A stretch of DNA of 64,000 bases from an uncultured Pelagibacteraceae bacterium (GCA_902536575.1 CACAYA010000001.1:45266-109265), one strand, 5' to 3'. Numbered from the stretch's first letter, positions 10,033 through 22,045 are shown. The notes: generated by a model not told the origin, from the letters alone. Program-made: numbers and translations.

Positions 10033-12221
10033 TTGTAAACGAAAAAATAGCCATTGATCATGGATTGAAAAAAGATGAGTATAAAAAGATCTGTGAACTC
10101 TTAAAAAGAAACCCTAACATAACAGAATTAGGAATTTTCTCAGCAATGTGGAATGAACACTGCTCCTATAAATCTTCAAGACTGCATTTAAAAAAATTAC
10201 CTACTAAAGGGAAACAAGTTATTCAAGGACCTGGTGAAAATGCTGGAGTAATCGATATTGGTGACAATGATGCAATTGTCTTTAAAATTGAAAGTCATAA
10301 CCACCCTTCTTTTATTGAACCTTATCAAGGCGCTGCTACCGGCGTTGGTGGAATAATGAGAGATGTATTCACAATGGGTGCAAGACCAATAGCCAATTTA
10401 AATTCAATACACTTTGGTTCATCACAACATAAAAAAACTAAAAATCTATTAAGAGGTGTTGTGCATGGAATAGGAGGTTATGGAAACTGTATGGGAGTGC
10501 CTACGATTGCAGGACAAACAAGTTTTGATAGCTCTTATAATGGTAATATCTTAGTGAACGCAATGACTTTAGGATTAGTTAAAAAAGATAAGATTTTTTA
10601 CTCAAAAGCTGCAGGTTTAAATAAACCTGTGATATACGTAGGATCTAAAACAGGTCGTGATGGTATTCACGGAGCAAGTATGGCCTCTGCTAGCTTTGAT
10701 GACAAAATTGAGGAAAAAAAACCAACTGTACAAGTCGGTGATCCTTTTACAGAAAAACTTTTACTTGAAGCATGTTTAGAGTTAATGGCAGGAGACTCGA
10801 TAATTGCTATTCAAGATATGGGGGCAGCAGGTTTAACTTCTTCAAGTATTGAAATGGCTTCAAAGGGCAATCTTGGAATAGAAATTAATTTAAATAAAGT
10901 TCCATGTAGGGAAGCAAAAATGACCCCTTATGAAATCATGCTTTCTGAAAGTCAGGAAAGAATGCTGATTGTTCTAGAAAATGGAAAAGAAGAGCAGGCT
11001 AAAAAAATATTTGATAAATGGAATTTAGATTTTGCTGTAATTGGAAAAACAACCAAATCGAAGAAAATTGAACTTTTTTTTGATAATGAAAAAGTTGCTG
11101 ACATTCCAATTAATACTCTTGTTGAAAATTCACCAATGTATGATCGTAAATGGAAAAAAGCAAAACTTCCAAAGAAAAACAAAATTAATAAAGATGATAT
11201 AAATAATTTGAAAATAATTGAGGTCCTGAAAAAAATTTTAACTAATCCAAATATCTGTAGTAAAGAATGGATTTGGCAGCAGTATGACCACACTGTAATG
11301 GGAGATACCATTCAAAAACCTGGAGGTGACTCTGGTGTGGTGAGAGTTCATGGCACTAATAAAGCAGTTGCAGCATCTGTAGATTCTTCAGCAGTATATT
11401 GTTGGGCTCACCCTCTTACAGGTGGAAAACAAGTAGTGTGTGAAAGTTTTAGAAATTTAATATCTGTTGGAGCAAAGCCAATTGCTATCACAAATTGCTT
11501 AAATTTTGGTAGCCCTGAAAATGAAGAAAATATGGGAGAATTCGTAGAATGTGTTCAGGGTATTGGAGAAGCAAGCTCTTATTTAAAATTTCCTGTCGTG
11601 TCTGGAAATGTTTCTTTCTATAATCAAACTAAGGATCAGGGAATAAAACCCACACCATCTATAGGCGGTGTTGGACTAATAAATGATTATACTAAAATGA
11701 TTACTATGGATTTTAAAGAAGTCGATAATGTTGTTTTAGTTATTGGTAAAACAGAAGGTCATATTGATCAAAGTTTATTTGCAAGAGTTATATTAAATGA
11801 AAAAAATGGTCCTCCACCAGAAATAAATCTGTTTAATGAAAAAAATAATGGAGAAACTCTTTTAAAATTAATCGATAGTAATTTGATTAAAAGCGCCCAT
11901 GATATTTCTTTAGGAGGAATAATTACTGCTATTTCAAAAATGTGTATTAAAGGTAATAAAGGTATTAATCTAAAAAAACCGAAATACTTAATCAGTGAGA
12001 TAGAATATTTTTTTGCTGAAGATCAAGGGAGATACATTGTTGAAATCAGTAAAAAAGATCAAAAAAAAGTGCTTGATATATTAAATAAAAATGCAGTTCA
12101 TTATGATGAGCTTGGAACAATCAATGAAAATGTGCTATTTTTAAATGAAAAGACAAAAGTTACAATTGACGAATTAGAAGAGTTTAATACAAAGTGGTTA
12201 AAAGAATATATGAGTAACTGA
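10029..12221 (+). CDS. purL: FGAM synthase subunit PurL (small type)
   Basis: [35 protein letters not shown]. Confidence 0.97.
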   Translation: MIVNEKIAIDHGLKKDEYKKICELLKRNPNITELGIFSAMWNEHCSYKSSRLHLKKLPTKGKQVIQGPGENAGVIDIGDNDAIVFKIESHNHPSFIEPYQGAATGVGGIMRDVFTMGARPIANLNSIHFGSSQHKKTKNLLRGVVHGIGGYGNCMGVPTIAGQTSFDSSYNGNILVNAMTLGLVKKDKIFYSKAAGLNKPVIYVGSKTGRDGIHGASMASASFDDKIEEKKPTVQVGDPFTEKLLLEACLELMAGDSIIAIQDMGAAGLTSSSIEMASKGNLGIEINLNKVPCREAKMTPYEIMLSESQERMLIVLENGKEEQAKKIFDKWNLDFAVIGKTTKSKKIELFFDNEKVADIPINTLVENSPMYDRKWKKAKLPKKNKINKDDINNLKIIEVLKKILTNPNICSKEWIWQQYDHTVMGDTIQKPGGDSGVVRVHGTNKAVAASVDSSAVYCWAHPLTGGKQVVCESFRNLISVGAKPIAITNCLNFGSPENEENMGEFVECVQGIGEASSYLKFPVVSGNVSFYNQTKDQGIKPTPSIGGVGLINDYTKMITMDFKEVDNVVLVIGKTEGHIDQSLFARVILNEKNGPPPEINLFNEKNNGETLLKLIDSNLIKSAHDISLGGIITAISKMCIKGNKGINLKKPKYLISEIEYFFAEDQGRYIVEISKKDQKKVLDILNKNAVHYDELGTINENVLFLNEKTKVTIDELEEFNTKWLKEYMSN

Positions 12222-12451
12222 TGGCAATGAATTTAAATGAAATTGAGAGTTTAATTAAAGAGGCAATGCCTGATGCCGTAGTTGAAATACAAGACTTAGC
12301 TGGTGATGGAAATCATTATTCTGCAACTATAACTTCATCACAATTTTCAGGTAAAAGCAAAATTGAACAACATAAAATGGTATACAACTCTTTAAAAGGT
12401 AGAATGGGTAATGAATTACATGCTTTAGCAATCAAAACAAAGGAAAATTAA
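12221..12451 (+). CDS. bolA: BolA family protein
   Basis: [20 protein letters not shown]; adjacent to grxD. Confidence 0.9.
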   Translation: MAMNLNEIESLIKEAMPDAVVEIQDLAGDGNHYSATITSSQFSGKSKIEQHKMVYNSLKGRMGNELHALAIKTKEN

Positions 12452-12452
12452 A

Positions 12453-12791
12453 ATGGACCAACAGACAAACGATTTAATAAAAAATGAAATCAAAAATAAC
12501 GACGTTTGCTTATTTATGAAAGGTACACCCGATGCTCCACAGTGCGGGTTTTCAATGGCAACATCTAATATTTTAAAAGTACTCGAAGTCAATTTTAAAG
12601 GAATTAATGTTTTAGAGGATCAAAGTCTGAGAGAAGGTATTAAGGTTTATAGTGACTGGCCGACAATCCCTCAATTATATGTTAAAAGTGAGTTTGTAGG
12701 AGGTTGTGATATAGTAAAAGAAATGTTTGAAAGTGGAGAACTGGCAAAACTATTTGAAACCAAAGGTATTAATTTTAAAAGTAAAAATTAA
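12453..12791 (+). CDS. grxD: Monothiol glutaredoxin Grx4
   Basis: [19 protein letters not shown]. Confidence 0.95.
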   Translation: MDQQTNDLIKNEIKNNDVCLFMKGTPDAPQCGFSMATSNILKVLEVNFKGINVLEDQSLREGIKVYSDWPTIPQLYVKSEFVGGCDIVKEMFESGELAKLFETKGINFKSKN

Positions 12792-12808
12792 TATTTCCTC
12801 TCATAAAA

Positions 12809-13075
12809 ATGAAACAATTCATTTATAAAACCATCATTGTAATTGTAGCTATCATAGTAATTTATGAGTTTACTATTTCTAAACAAATCAAACAATTCAC
12901 ACAACAAAGTGAGTTTCTTTTGAGTAAAGAAGGTAGAAAAGAGGGAATAGAAAAACTGAGGAAAGAAATCAAAAAAGCTATAAAAAAAGAAAAATACCTC
13001 TCAGACGAAGATGCAAAGTTAATTAATGAATTTATTCAAAAAATTACTATTGAATTGAAAAATTCAGAAAATTAA
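12809..13075 (+). CDS. Small hypothetical protein with N-terminal membrane anchor
   Basis: 88-aa ORF filling the gap; hydrophobic TIIVIVAIIVIY then charged helix. Confidence 0.65.
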   Translation: MKQFIYKTIIVIVAIIVIYEFTISKQIKQFTQQSEFLLSKEGRKEGIEKLRKEIKKAIKKEKYLSDEDAKLINEFIQKITIELKNSEN

Positions 13076-14652
13076 TTACAATACCATGCAGATCCAACCT
13101 TGATTTTCTGGCTGCTAAATGTATATGCGTAATTTTCTGTGCTAATTAATTTACAGTCTTTTGGGTCAGATCTTTTTAAATTACTATGATTTTGCATAAC
13201 ATAATATGGCCTGTTTTTTGCAGCATCTAGTTCGCTATAAATTTTAAAACATTCAAAATTTTGTTTTTCAAGGAAAGCATTTGAGTATAAATCTCCATAA
13301 ACACAATTGTTTTTATCAACGTTATTTATTAAAGAATGTTTAGCAATTGAGCCATATAAATTCTTGTTGCTTATACCCCAATAATCTACTTCAAAATTTT
13401 TATTTATTTTGTAAAATTTAGAAAATGAATTCATCCATGTGTATTGATAAGGATTGATAGAAATATTTTCTATAACAAAAAAAATACTTACTAAAATACC
13501 TGAAATATAAAAAAACTTTTTACTCAACAAATGTAAGTTATTTAGTGAGACTATAAATATTAAAGGGACTAAAAACATTACGTGTCTAATTTCATTATAG
13601 ATTGCAACATCGAACAAAATAAAAAGAAATAAAATTATTAAACAGGTAAAAATCATTGAGAAAGTTAGAATTTTATTGAGATTATTTTTAATAAATTTGT
13701 TTTCAATTAGTGGAAACAAAAGAAATCCTAAAATTATTAAAATTGGCAATTTGAAAAATAACCATATGAAATAATAGCTTGCTGGTAAATTTAGAGCTTT
13801 CATAGACTCACCAAGTGTTAGTGTGTTTACGTCCTGTTGATATTTGCTCATCCATTTCAAAGAATTAATTATTTCTCTCGGATCGTGCCAGAGAATAGGA
13901 TTTAATAAATATGTAAATGAAACAAGAGAAAATATTAATATAAATATATTTTTAATGTTATTTTTAAATAGATTTAAAAAACTTTCTTTTTTTATTTCAC
14001 TAAAAGTAATAAAGAAAATTAAATACTGTAATAGGATCAGCAATCCTACAATTCTAATTGAGATAAGTAATGAACTAGAAATGCTCAAATAAACAAAATA
14101 TTTAATAGGAACAGCCTCTTTTTTATCAAGTTTTTTAATAATCTTGCATACAATATAAGTGCTAATAATCCAAAAAGACAAAAATGGGACATCTTTTGGG
14201 TTTATTAAAGAGTGTCCGAAAAAATATGGGTATAACAAAAATAAAAATAATGAAAGTAAAGCAAATTTTTTATCATTAAAAAAAATTAAACATATTTTGT
14301 AAAAAAATAATCCTGATATAAAAAATAAAATAAAGACTACAATGTGTTTTGATATTAAAATTGATCCATATTCATTTAAATCTAAGTACTCCAGTAAAAA
14401 GTCTTTAATTAAATATTGAAAAGGTTGGCTTAAAAAATTGAATCCAATGCCATGATATCTATCTTTATAGTTAAGTAAATTTTCGTAGGTTCCAGTTTCA
14501 AAAAAATTTTTTATCGCATAAAGATTTACTTCCCAATTTAATTGCTCATGATGTTCATCATGCGATATACCTATATTTATACTTAAGTAAATTCCTATGA
14601 TTAGATAAAAAAATAATAAAAATAAACTAATTTTGTAAATTTTTTGGCTCAA
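13072..14652 (-). CDS. Polytopic membrane protein, probable GT-C (ArnT/PMT-like) glycosyltransferase
   Basis: ISHDE after TM1, YPYFFGHSLINPKDVPF, DYWGIS; many TM helices. Confidence 0.65.
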   Translation of the reverse strand: MSQKIYKISLFLLFFYLIIGIYLSINIGISHDEHHEQLNWEVNLYAIKNFFETGTYENLLNYKDRYHGIGFNFLSQPFQYLIKDFLLEYLDLNEYGSILISKHIVVFILFFISGLFFYKICLIFFNDKKFALLSLFLFLLYPYFFGHSLINPKDVPFLSFWIISTYIVCKIIKKLDKKEAVPIKYFVYLSISSSLLISIRIVGLLILLQYLIFFITFSEIKKESFLNLFKNNIKNIFILIFSLVSFTYLLNPILWHDPREIINSLKWMSKYQQDVNTLTLGESMKALNLPASYYFIWLFFKLPILIILGFLLFPLIENKFIKNNLNKILTFSMIFTCLIILFLFILFDVAIYNEIRHVMFLVPLIFIVSLNNLHLLSKKFFYISGILVSIFFVIENISINPYQYTWMNSFSKFYKINKNFEVDYWGISNKNLYGSIAKHSLINNVDKNNCVYGDLYSNAFLEKQNFECFKIYSELDAAKNRPYYVMQNHSNLKRSDPKDCKLISTENYAYTFSSQKIKVGSAWYCN

Positions 14653-15270
14653 TTATCTTGAGTAATATTCTATCACTAGGTTAGGTTCCATTACAATTGG
14701 ATAAGGAACTTCTTCAAATTTAGGAACTCTCACAAATTTCAATTTTTTATTTTTTTCATCCATTTGAAGATATTCAGGTGTTTCTCTTTCTTTATTGGCA
14801 AGAGCAATATCAATAATCGCTAATTGTTTAGACTTGTCTCTAATCTCAATTGAATCTTCTTCCTTAACTAAATAACTTGCAATATTAACTTTTTTACCAT
14901 TAACCTTAACGTGTCCATGATTTATTAATTGTCTAGCTGAAAAAATAGTTGTAGCAAATTTAGCTCTGTAAATGATTGCATCTAATCTTCTTTCAAGTAA
15001 ACCAATTAAATTTTCTCCAGTATCACCTTTAAGCATAACTGCTTTTTTGTAAATATTTCTAAATTGTCTTTCATTGATGTTACCGTAGTAAGCTTTAAGT
15101 TTCTGCTTGGCTTGTAACTGAATTCCATAATCTGAAGGTTTGGCTGATCTAGTCTGACCATGTTGTCCAGGTCCATAAGCTCTTGTATTAAATGGGCTTT
15201 TAGGTCTACCCCAAAGGTTCACCTTTAATCTTCTATCTACTTTATGTTTAGAGTTTAATCTTTTAGTCAT
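14653..15270 (-). CDS. rpsD: 30S ribosomal protein S4
   Basis: [27 protein letters not shown]. Confidence 0.98.
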   Translation of the reverse strand: MTKRLNSKHKVDRRLKVNLWGRPKSPFNTRAYGPGQHGQTRSAKPSDYGIQLQAKQKLKAYYGNINERQFRNIYKKAVMLKGDTGENLIGLLERRLDAIIYRAKFATTIFSARQLINHGHVKVNGKKVNIASYLVKEEDSIEIRDKSKQLAIIDIALANKERETPEYLQMDEKNKKLKFVRVPKFEEVPYPIVMEPNLVIEYYSR

Positions 15271-15282
15271 TTAATAGAGGGG

Positions 15283-15310
15283 GTTATAAACTTACTCATT
15301 GTTTTGTCAA
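15283..15310 (-). promoter_or_regulatory. Putative sigma70 promoter of rpsD
   Basis: Minus strand TTGACA-16 nt-TATAAC followed by CCCCTC discriminator, 12 nt upstream of ATG. Confidence 0.6.
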
Positions 15311-16023
15311 TCAACGTTTTTTCCTAAACTGGCAAATACACTTGATAAAATACGTGTTTCTTTTGAAGATAATTCCATCCTGTAAAAAATATTTCTCAAA
15401 TTCTCAAGCATTATAGGTTTCTTTTCCTTGGGTTTAAAAAACTCTATATCTTCAAGATTTTTAATGCATAGGTTGATCATCGATATTATTTCTTTTTTTG
15501 AGGCTGACTTCACTTTTTTTGATTTTTTAAAAATAGAAATTTTTGAATTAATGATGCTGTGTACAACATGAGCAATTATAATTAAACTGTGAGACAAGTT
15601 CAGTGATTTAAAATCTGGGTTAGTTGGTATCTGAAGAGTATAATTGGCATAACTTATCTCGTTATTTGAAAGTCCTGAAGCTTCAGATCCAAATAAAAAA
15701 GCCACTTTTTTTTTATAATTAATCTTCTTTAAATCTTCTAATTGAATATGTTTAATATTTTTATTTCTAAACCTCGCTGAAGTAGCAATGACTACATCAA
15801 TATTTTTTAAAGCAGACTCTAAGTTATCAAAATTTTTACTCTTTCTTATAATATTTTTTGCGCCCACAGATGTAGCTAAAATTTTATCATTCGGGTAGAT
15901 GGGTTTAGGATCGACAACAATCATTTTTTGAAAATTAAAATTTTTCATAGCCCTTGCACATGCACCAACATTTTCTGACAGTTGAGGTTTATGTAGAATA
16001 AATGAAATATTATTTTTTGACAT
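15307..16023 (-). CDS. trmJ: SPOUT RNA methyltransferase TrmJ/TrmH family
   Basis: ENVGACARAMKNF, FGSEASGL, SLNLSHS. Confidence 0.85.
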   Translation of the reverse strand: MSKNNISFILHKPQLSENVGACARAMKNFNFQKMIVVDPKPIYPNDKILATSVGAKNIIRKSKNFDNLESALKNIDVVIATSARFRNKNIKHIQLEDLKKINYKKKVAFLFGSEASGLSNNEISYANYTLQIPTNPDFKSLNLSHSLIIIAHVVHSIINSKISIFKKSKKVKSASKKEIISMINLCIKNLEDIEFFKPKEKKPIMLENLRNIFYRMELSSKETRILSSVFASLGKNVD

Positions 16024-16025
16024 AA

Positions 16026-16889
16026 TTAGTCTATGCCATGACTTCTATCATAATTTGAAATTTGAGACGTATTTAAATCCTTTAAATATTTTTTATCTGT
16101 TTGCCATATACTTACTTTTAATGGATAACATTTTGCTACATCAGAAGAATGTTCAGATCCACAATCTCCACCAGGGCAAGCAGATAGGGCTCCTAATAAA
16201 TCTGTCTCTGCAAAAAATTCTAAATAATCACCTGGTCTTACAGGACTTGCTTTCATAAAATATTGCTTAGTATCATTGGTAAATCCAGTTAGCATAAAAA
16301 CATTTAAAACATCGTGAACTATTTTTTCAGCTTCATCAATTTTAAGTTTTTTTTCTTTAACTAACGCTCTTGTTAAGTTTGAATGACAGCAGTAATGATA
16401 GTCATTACCCGATAAAAGTTTTGAGGTATATGGATCACACCTAGTTCCAATTACATCATGTACTGATCCACCATCCTCATCGTAATCATACCAATCTAAC
16501 GTATCCCATGTAATAGTTGCTAAAGATCTTAGATAAGGAAAACTACTAAACATTTTATCTCCTACTGAAAGATGTGTTCCATAGAGAGCTCTAGTTTTTC
16601 CAGAATAAAATTTTTCATTTGAGTTATTAAAATTAAAAAGATTTAGGTCTCCTACTTGAGGTCCTTCGACGCTTTCTATTCTAAAGAATTCACCCCTTTT
16701 AACTTGAAATGTTTTAGCATCTCTTGGGGGAATTATTATTTCATTTATTTTATTCAAATTTTTTCGAGCTAGATGTAAAATATTTAAGTTTTTTTCTTCA
16801 ATATTATTATTAGGATAGCAAACAACTGGTTTTGCTCCAATTCTTTCACTAATATCAGACGGTTTTTTAGAGAACTTTTTAATCTTCAT
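16026..16889 (-). CDS. DUF1989 / urea carboxylase-associated family protein
   Basis: GPQVGDLN, HDVIGTRCDPY, CCHSNL, SACPGGD. Confidence 0.8.
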   Translation of the reverse strand: MKIKKFSKKPSDISERIGAKPVVCYPNNNIEEKNLNILHLARKNLNKINEIIIPPRDAKTFQVKRGEFFRIESVEGPQVGDLNLFNFNNSNEKFYSGKTRALYGTHLSVGDKMFSSFPYLRSLATITWDTLDWYDYDEDGGSVHDVIGTRCDPYTSKLLSGNDYHYCCHSNLTRALVKEKKLKIDEAEKIVHDVLNVFMLTGFTNDTKQYFMKASPVRPGDYLEFFAETDLLGALSACPGGDCGSEHSSDVAKCYPLKVSIWQTDKKYLKDLNTSQISNYDRSHGID

Positions 16890-16890
16890 G

Positions 16891-18492
16891 CTAAAGGCTA
16901 GCAGGAGCGTTATCTTTATAGAGTTTGTAATCTAAGCTATCGATCAGTGCTTTAAAAGATGCATCAATGATATTTGGCGAAACTCCTATAGTAAACCAAT
17001 TTAATCCTTTGGAGTCTGTACTTTCAATACTAACTCTAGTTATTGCCTCCGTTCCTGTATTTAAAATTCTTACTTTGTAATCGACTAATCTTAAATCTTT
17101 TAAATATTCAGAATACTTATCAAGTTTATTAACGTTTTTTCTAATCGCGTTATCTAAAGCATTAACAGGTCCATTACCCTCTCCTTCACATAATATCTTT
17201 TGACCATCTACCTCTAATTTAGCCTTGGCATGAGAAATAATTTCTCCTGATTTATCTTTTTTAACAGAAACATCATATTCATTAATTGAAATATATCTTG
17301 GTATTTCACCCATCAATCTTCTTGCAAGTAACTCAAAAGAAGCATCTGCACCGTCATAACTATATCCTATAAATTCTCTATCTTTTACCTCTTCTAGAAG
17401 TTTTTTTATTTTAGGATCATTTTTCTTTACCTCTATTCCAATAGAATTTAATCTAGACATTATATTAGATTGGCCAGATTGATCTGATACAACTATATTT
17501 CTCGAGTTTCCTACCTCTTCAGGATTTATGTGTTCGTAGGTTTTTGGATCTTTTTGAACAGCAGAAACATGCATTCCTCCTTTGTGGGAAAAGGCAGATG
17601 CACCAACATAAGGTAAGTGTTTATTAGGTTTTCGATTAAGTAATTCGTCTAACAACCTTGAGCATTGTGTTAAATTTTTTAAGTTTTCACGTTTAATATT
17701 AAGTTGATAATTTTCATAGAAATCTTTTTTCAAAAAAAATGTTGGAATAAGAGATGTTAAATTTGCATTACCACATCTTTCGCCTAAACCATTTATAGTT
17801 CCTTGAACTTGTCTCACACCAGCTTGAACAGCAGTTAAACTATTTGCAACAGCATTTTCTGTATCATTGTGAGCATGAATTCCTAAATTTTTTCCTGGTA
17901 TATGTTTTGTAACTTGCAAAACAATTTTTTCAATCTCATGAGGAAGTGTTCCTCCATTTGTATCACACAAAACAATCCATCTTGCGCCATTGTCATAAGC
18001 AGATTTTAGACAAGTAAGTGCATAATCAGCATTTGCTTTATATCCATCAAAAAAATGTTCAGCATCAAACATAAACTCTTTGCCTGATTTAACGATATGT
18101 TTAGCACTGTCGCTAATATTGTTAAGATTTTCCTGATTTGATATACCAAGGGCAACATCAACTTGGAAATCCCAAGATTTTCCAAACAAGCAAATTGATG
18201 AACTTTTCGAATTAATTAATGAGGATAACATTGGGTCATTTTCAGCACTATGCTCTGATTTCTTTGTCATGCCAAAAGCAGTTAAATTAGCCGATTTAAA
18301 ATTGTGATCTTTATTAAAAAATTCTGTATCAGTTGGGTTTGCACCAGGCCATCCTCCTTCAATGTAATCAACACCAAGCTCATCTAAAGCAGAAGAAATT
18401 TTCTCTTTATCGTCAATTGAAAAATCAACACCTTGGGTTTGTGCTCCATCACGAAGAGTGGTATCAAATATATATAGCTGATCTTTACTCAT
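16891..18492 (-). CDS. cimA: Citramalate synthase
   Basis: DTTLRDGAQ, DAEHFFDG, GERCGNA, HKGGMH; LeuA-type regulatory C-terminus. Confidence 0.9.
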   Translation of the reverse strand: MSKDQLYIFDTTLRDGAQTQGVDFSIDDKEKISSALDELGVDYIEGGWPGANPTDTEFFNKDHNFKSANLTAFGMTKKSEHSAENDPMLSSLINSKSSSICLFGKSWDFQVDVALGISNQENLNNISDSAKHIVKSGKEFMFDAEHFFDGYKANADYALTCLKSAYDNGARWIVLCDTNGGTLPHEIEKIVLQVTKHIPGKNLGIHAHNDTENAVANSLTAVQAGVRQVQGTINGLGERCGNANLTSLIPTFFLKKDFYENYQLNIKRENLKNLTQCSRLLDELLNRKPNKHLPYVGASAFSHKGGMHVSAVQKDPKTYEHINPEEVGNSRNIVVSDQSGQSNIMSRLNSIGIEVKKNDPKIKKLLEEVKDREFIGYSYDGADASFELLARRLMGEIPRYISINEYDVSVKKDKSGEIISHAKAKLEVDGQKILCEGEGNGPVNALDNAIRKNVNKLDKYSEYLKDLRLVDYKVRILNTGTEAITRVSIESTDSKGLNWFTIGVSPNIIDASFKALIDSLDYKLYKDNAPASL

Positions 18493-19844
18493 TTAAATTT
18501 CCAAGTCGTTTTACCATCTTTATCTTCTATTAAAACACCTTTGTCTAAAAGCTCGTCTCTTATTTTATCAGCTTCTTCATAGTTTTTATCTTTTCTAGCT
18601 TTATTTCTTTGCTCAATTTTATCTAAAATTTCATCTTCATTTATTGAAAGTTTATTTTTCTTAAAATCTAACCATTCGATTTCAGTTTCATTCAATAAAC
18701 CTATAAAATTGCATGCAGATGTAAATAAAGCTTTGTCAGTGGAATTACCTTTTTGTGCTTTCTCATACAATTTATGAAGGTTAGCAATGTAACCTGGTGT
18801 ATTTAAATCGTCATAAAGTGGTTTTAAAATTTCATCATCAACTTCTTCCTCATGATAATCAAAAGAGTAAACATTATACCATTTGCTAATTGTATTTTGA
18901 CAACCATTTAAAAGTTTATCGTTCCAATCTAATGGTTGTTTGTAATGTGTACTCATTAAAGCTAATCTTAATACTTGCCCACTTATATTGTTTCTAAAAT
19001 CCTTTATTTTTAAAATATTTCCTTGAGATTTAGCCATTTTTTCATTCGACATTGTTATGAATGCGTTATGCAACCAGTAATTTGCAAAAACTTTTGTATC
19101 ATTTGCACATCTTGATTGTGCAATTTCGTTTTCGTGGTGTGGGAACAATAAGTCTATACCACCTCCATGAATATCAAATTCATTTCCAAGAAGTTTTTTT
19201 GACATCGCAGAACATTCTAAATGCCAACCAGGTCTTCCTTTGCCCCAAGGGGACTCCCAAGAAGGCTCATCATCTTTAGAAGGTTTCCATAAAACAAAAT
19301 CTTGTGAATTTTTTTTGTTATCACTTACTTCAACTCTTGAACCAGCAATTAATTCATCAAGATTTTTATTTGAAAGTTTTCCATAATCTTTAAATTTATT
19401 TACTTCAAAATACACATGTTGATTTTCCTCATAAGCAAATCCTTTTTTTGTTAAATCAGAAATCATTTCAATCATTATATCAATATGCTCTGTTGCTTTG
19501 GGTTGATGTGTGGGGATATCGCAATTTAAGTAATTACAATCTTTATCAAAACTCTTAATAACAGTATTGGTCAAATCAGAAATTGAAATATTTTTTTCCT
19601 TTGATGAATTAATAATTTTATCATCAACGTCAGTTATATTTCTAACGTAAGTAACTTTTGGATATTTTTTTTTCAAAATTTTAAAAAGAATATCAAAAAC
19701 AACAATAGGTCTTGCATTGCCAATATGAGGGTCGTCGTATACAGTCGGACCGCAAACATACATCCTAATATTTTTTTCGTCTATAGGAACAAATTTTTCT
19801 TTTTTGTTACTCAGATTATTAGTTAAAAAAATATCATTACTCAT
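18489..19844 (-). CDS. cysS: Cysteine--tRNA ligase
   Basis: CGPTVY, HIGNAR, GRPGWHLEC, KMAKS. Confidence 0.97.
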   Translation of the reverse strand: MSNDIFLTNNLSNKKEKFVPIDEKNIRMYVCGPTVYDDPHIGNARPIVVFDILFKILKKKYPKVTYVRNITDVDDKIINSSKEKNISISDLTNTVIKSFDKDCNYLNCDIPTHQPKATEHIDIMIEMISDLTKKGFAYEENQHVYFEVNKFKDYGKLSNKNLDELIAGSRVEVSDNKKNSQDFVLWKPSKDDEPSWESPWGKGRPGWHLECSAMSKKLLGNEFDIHGGGIDLLFPHHENEIAQSRCANDTKVFANYWLHNAFITMSNEKMAKSQGNILKIKDFRNNISGQVLRLALMSTHYKQPLDWNDKLLNGCQNTISKWYNVYSFDYHEEEVDDEILKPLYDDLNTPGYIANLHKLYEKAQKGNSTDKALFTSACNFIGLLNETEIEWLDFKKNKLSINEDEILDKIEQRNKARKDKNYEEADKIRDELLDKGVLIEDKDGKTTWKFK

Positions 19845-19889
19845 GATTTTAGGAATATACTTAAAAAATAGATTTGTGAATCTATTTGA

Positions 19890-20627
19890 TTAATTTGGAA
19901 TTATGCATACTGGAATTGGCTCCATTTTATGCATATTTTGTTTTCTAATAGTTTCGTATTTAGATCGATTCGGAGAATTAGGATTGGCCATAGCCTCTTC
20001 TAATTCTTCATATTTTAATCCTAGTTGGCCTTCATCAGTTCTTCCATCATCCCACAATCCATCTGTTGGTGCAGCTTCAATTATTTCCTTCAGAATACCA
20101 AGTTCTTTTCCTAATTCCCAAATTTGAGTTTTATTGCAGTCAGCTATTGGCGATATATCAACCCCACCATCTCCATATTTTGTATAAAATCCTACACCAA
20201 AGTCTTCGACCTTATTACCTGTTCCTACAACAATTCCTTTATTGGCCGCAGCTACCTGATAAAGAGTTGTCATTCTTAATCTAGCTCTTGAATTTGCCAT
20301 TCCATGCTCATTATCAAATTTAGATAAACTGGTACTAAAAGCTAAAAATAATTCATCTAGATTAACTGTATGTCCTTCAACATTTTTAAAATTTTTTACT
20401 AACCATTCTTGATGTTTTAAACTTAAATCATGCTGATGCGATTTTTGCTTTATTGGCATGGACAAAACAATAGTTCTTAAACCTGTCATAGCACTTAAAG
20501 TACTAGATACAGAGGAGTCTATTCCCCCAGAAATACCTATAACTAAAGATTCTGCCTTCGAAGGCATATTATTTGCGTAATCTTTAATCCAATTAGAAAT
20601 AAATTTAACTTTTTCAGAAGAATTCAT
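19890..20627 (-). CDS. nadE: NH3-dependent NAD+ synthetase
   Basis: GISGGIDS, ARLRM, TKYGDGG. Confidence 0.95.
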   Translation of the reverse strand: MNSSEKVKFISNWIKDYANNMPSKAESLVIGISGGIDSSVSSTLSAMTGLRTIVLSMPIKQKSHQHDLSLKHQEWLVKNFKNVEGHTVNLDELFLAFSTSLSKFDNEHGMANSRARLRMTTLYQVAAANKGIVVGTGNKVEDFGVGFYTKYGDGGVDISPIADCNKTQIWELGKELGILKEIIEAAPTDGLWDDGRTDEGQLGLKYEELEEAMANPNSPNRSKYETIRKQNMHKMEPIPVCIIPN

Positions 20628-20665
20628 ATTGTTTAAATATTAATTATTAATGATTTTGCAATGTT

Positions 20666-22045
20666 TTAAGATGCCGCTCTATTTGCATTTTTTGAATAAG
20701 AGCTATTCTTTTTAATCTCATCAGATATCAAAAAAGCTAATTCCAAAGCCTGATTTGAATTCAATCTTGGGTCACAATGGGTATGATATCTAGACGATAG
20801 ATCTTGCTCAGATATTTTTTGAGCACCACCTATACATTCTGTCACATTTTGACCAGTAAGCTCAATATGAAGACCTCCTGCATAGCTACCTTCGCTTTGA
20901 TGACAGGCAAAAACGTCTTTAACTTCTTTTAAAACACTATTAAAGGGTCTTGTTTTAAATCCCGTAACTGATTGTATAGTATTACCATGACATGGATCAC
21001 ACGACCAAATAACATTAAGTCCCTCTTTTTTAATTGCTCGAATAAGTTTTGGTAAATGTTTTGAAACATTATCTGCTCCAAATCTTGAAATTAACGTAAT
21101 TTTACCTTTTTCATTTTTTGGGTTAATTTTATTACATAAATTAATTAGATCATCGGCTTTTAATGTTGGTCCACATTTAATTCCAATTGGGTTTTCTATT
21201 CCTCTACAAAATTCAACATGTCCGCCATCTAATTGTCTAGTTCTATCTCCAATCCAAACAAAATGAGCAGAGGTGTCATGATTTTCACCAGTAGTAGAGT
21301 CTGTTCGTGTCATAGACTCTTCAAAAGGTAACAATAAAGCTTCATGTGATGTCCAAAAATTAACAGTATACAATCTGTTATTAAAATCCGATGTGATTCC
21401 ACATGCTCTCATAAAAGCTATAGCATCAGCAATTTTATCCTCAAGGTCTTTAAATTTTTTAGCTTGTGGACTTTTTTTAATATAATCTAAATTCCATAAA
21501 TGTACTTTGTTTAAATCTGCAAAACCTCCTTTTGAAAAAGCTCTTATGAGATTGAGTGTTGCAGCTGATTGGGAATAAGCTTTAAATAATCTTTTAGGGT
21601 CAGGAATTCTTGCTTTTTGAGTAAATTCCATTCCATTAATGTTGTCTCCTAGATAACTGGGAAGCTCTACACCATTTTTTGTTTCAACTGGTGAACTTCT
21701 CGGTTTTGAAAATTGACCAGCTATTCTTCCAAGTTTCACAACTGGTAAGGAGGCTGAATATGTTAAAACTAAAGACATCTGTAACAATAGTTTAAATGTG
21801 TCTCTTATATTATCTGGATTAAATTCAGCAAAACTTTCGGCACAATCCCCACCTTGAAGGAGAAAAGCTTTTCCATCAACAACATCAGCAAGTTGATCTT
21901 TTAAATGTCTAGTCTCTCCAGCAAAAACTAATGGTGGAAATGTTCTAATCTTATCCAGTACAGCATCCAATTCTTTTTTGTTAGGATACTCTGGAATATG
22001 TTTTACTGGATATTTTCTCCAACTATTTTTTTTCCAATTTTTCAT
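20666..22045 (-). CDS. Class II DAHP synthase
   Basis: QGGDCAESF, RIAGQFSKPRS, WIGDRTRQ, CDPRLN. Confidence 0.95.
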   Translation of the reverse strand: MKNWKKNSWRKYPVKHIPEYPNKKELDAVLDKIRTFPPLVFAGETRHLKDQLADVVDGKAFLLQGGDCAESFAEFNPDNIRDTFKLLLQMSLVLTYSASLPVVKLGRIAGQFSKPRSSPVETKNGVELPSYLGDNINGMEFTQKARIPDPKRLFKAYSQSAATLNLIRAFSKGGFADLNKVHLWNLDYIKKSPQAKKFKDLEDKIADAIAFMRACGITSDFNNRLYTVNFWTSHEALLLPFEESMTRTDSTTGENHDTSAHFVWIGDRTRQLDGGHVEFCRGIENPIGIKCGPTLKADDLINLCNKINPKNEKGKITLISRFGADNVSKHLPKLIRAIKKEGLNVIWSCDPCHGNTIQSVTGFKTRPFNSVLKEVKDVFACHQSEGSYAGGLHIELTGQNVTECIGGAQKISEQDLSSRYHTHCDPRLNSNQALELAFLISDEIKKNSSYSKNANRAAS

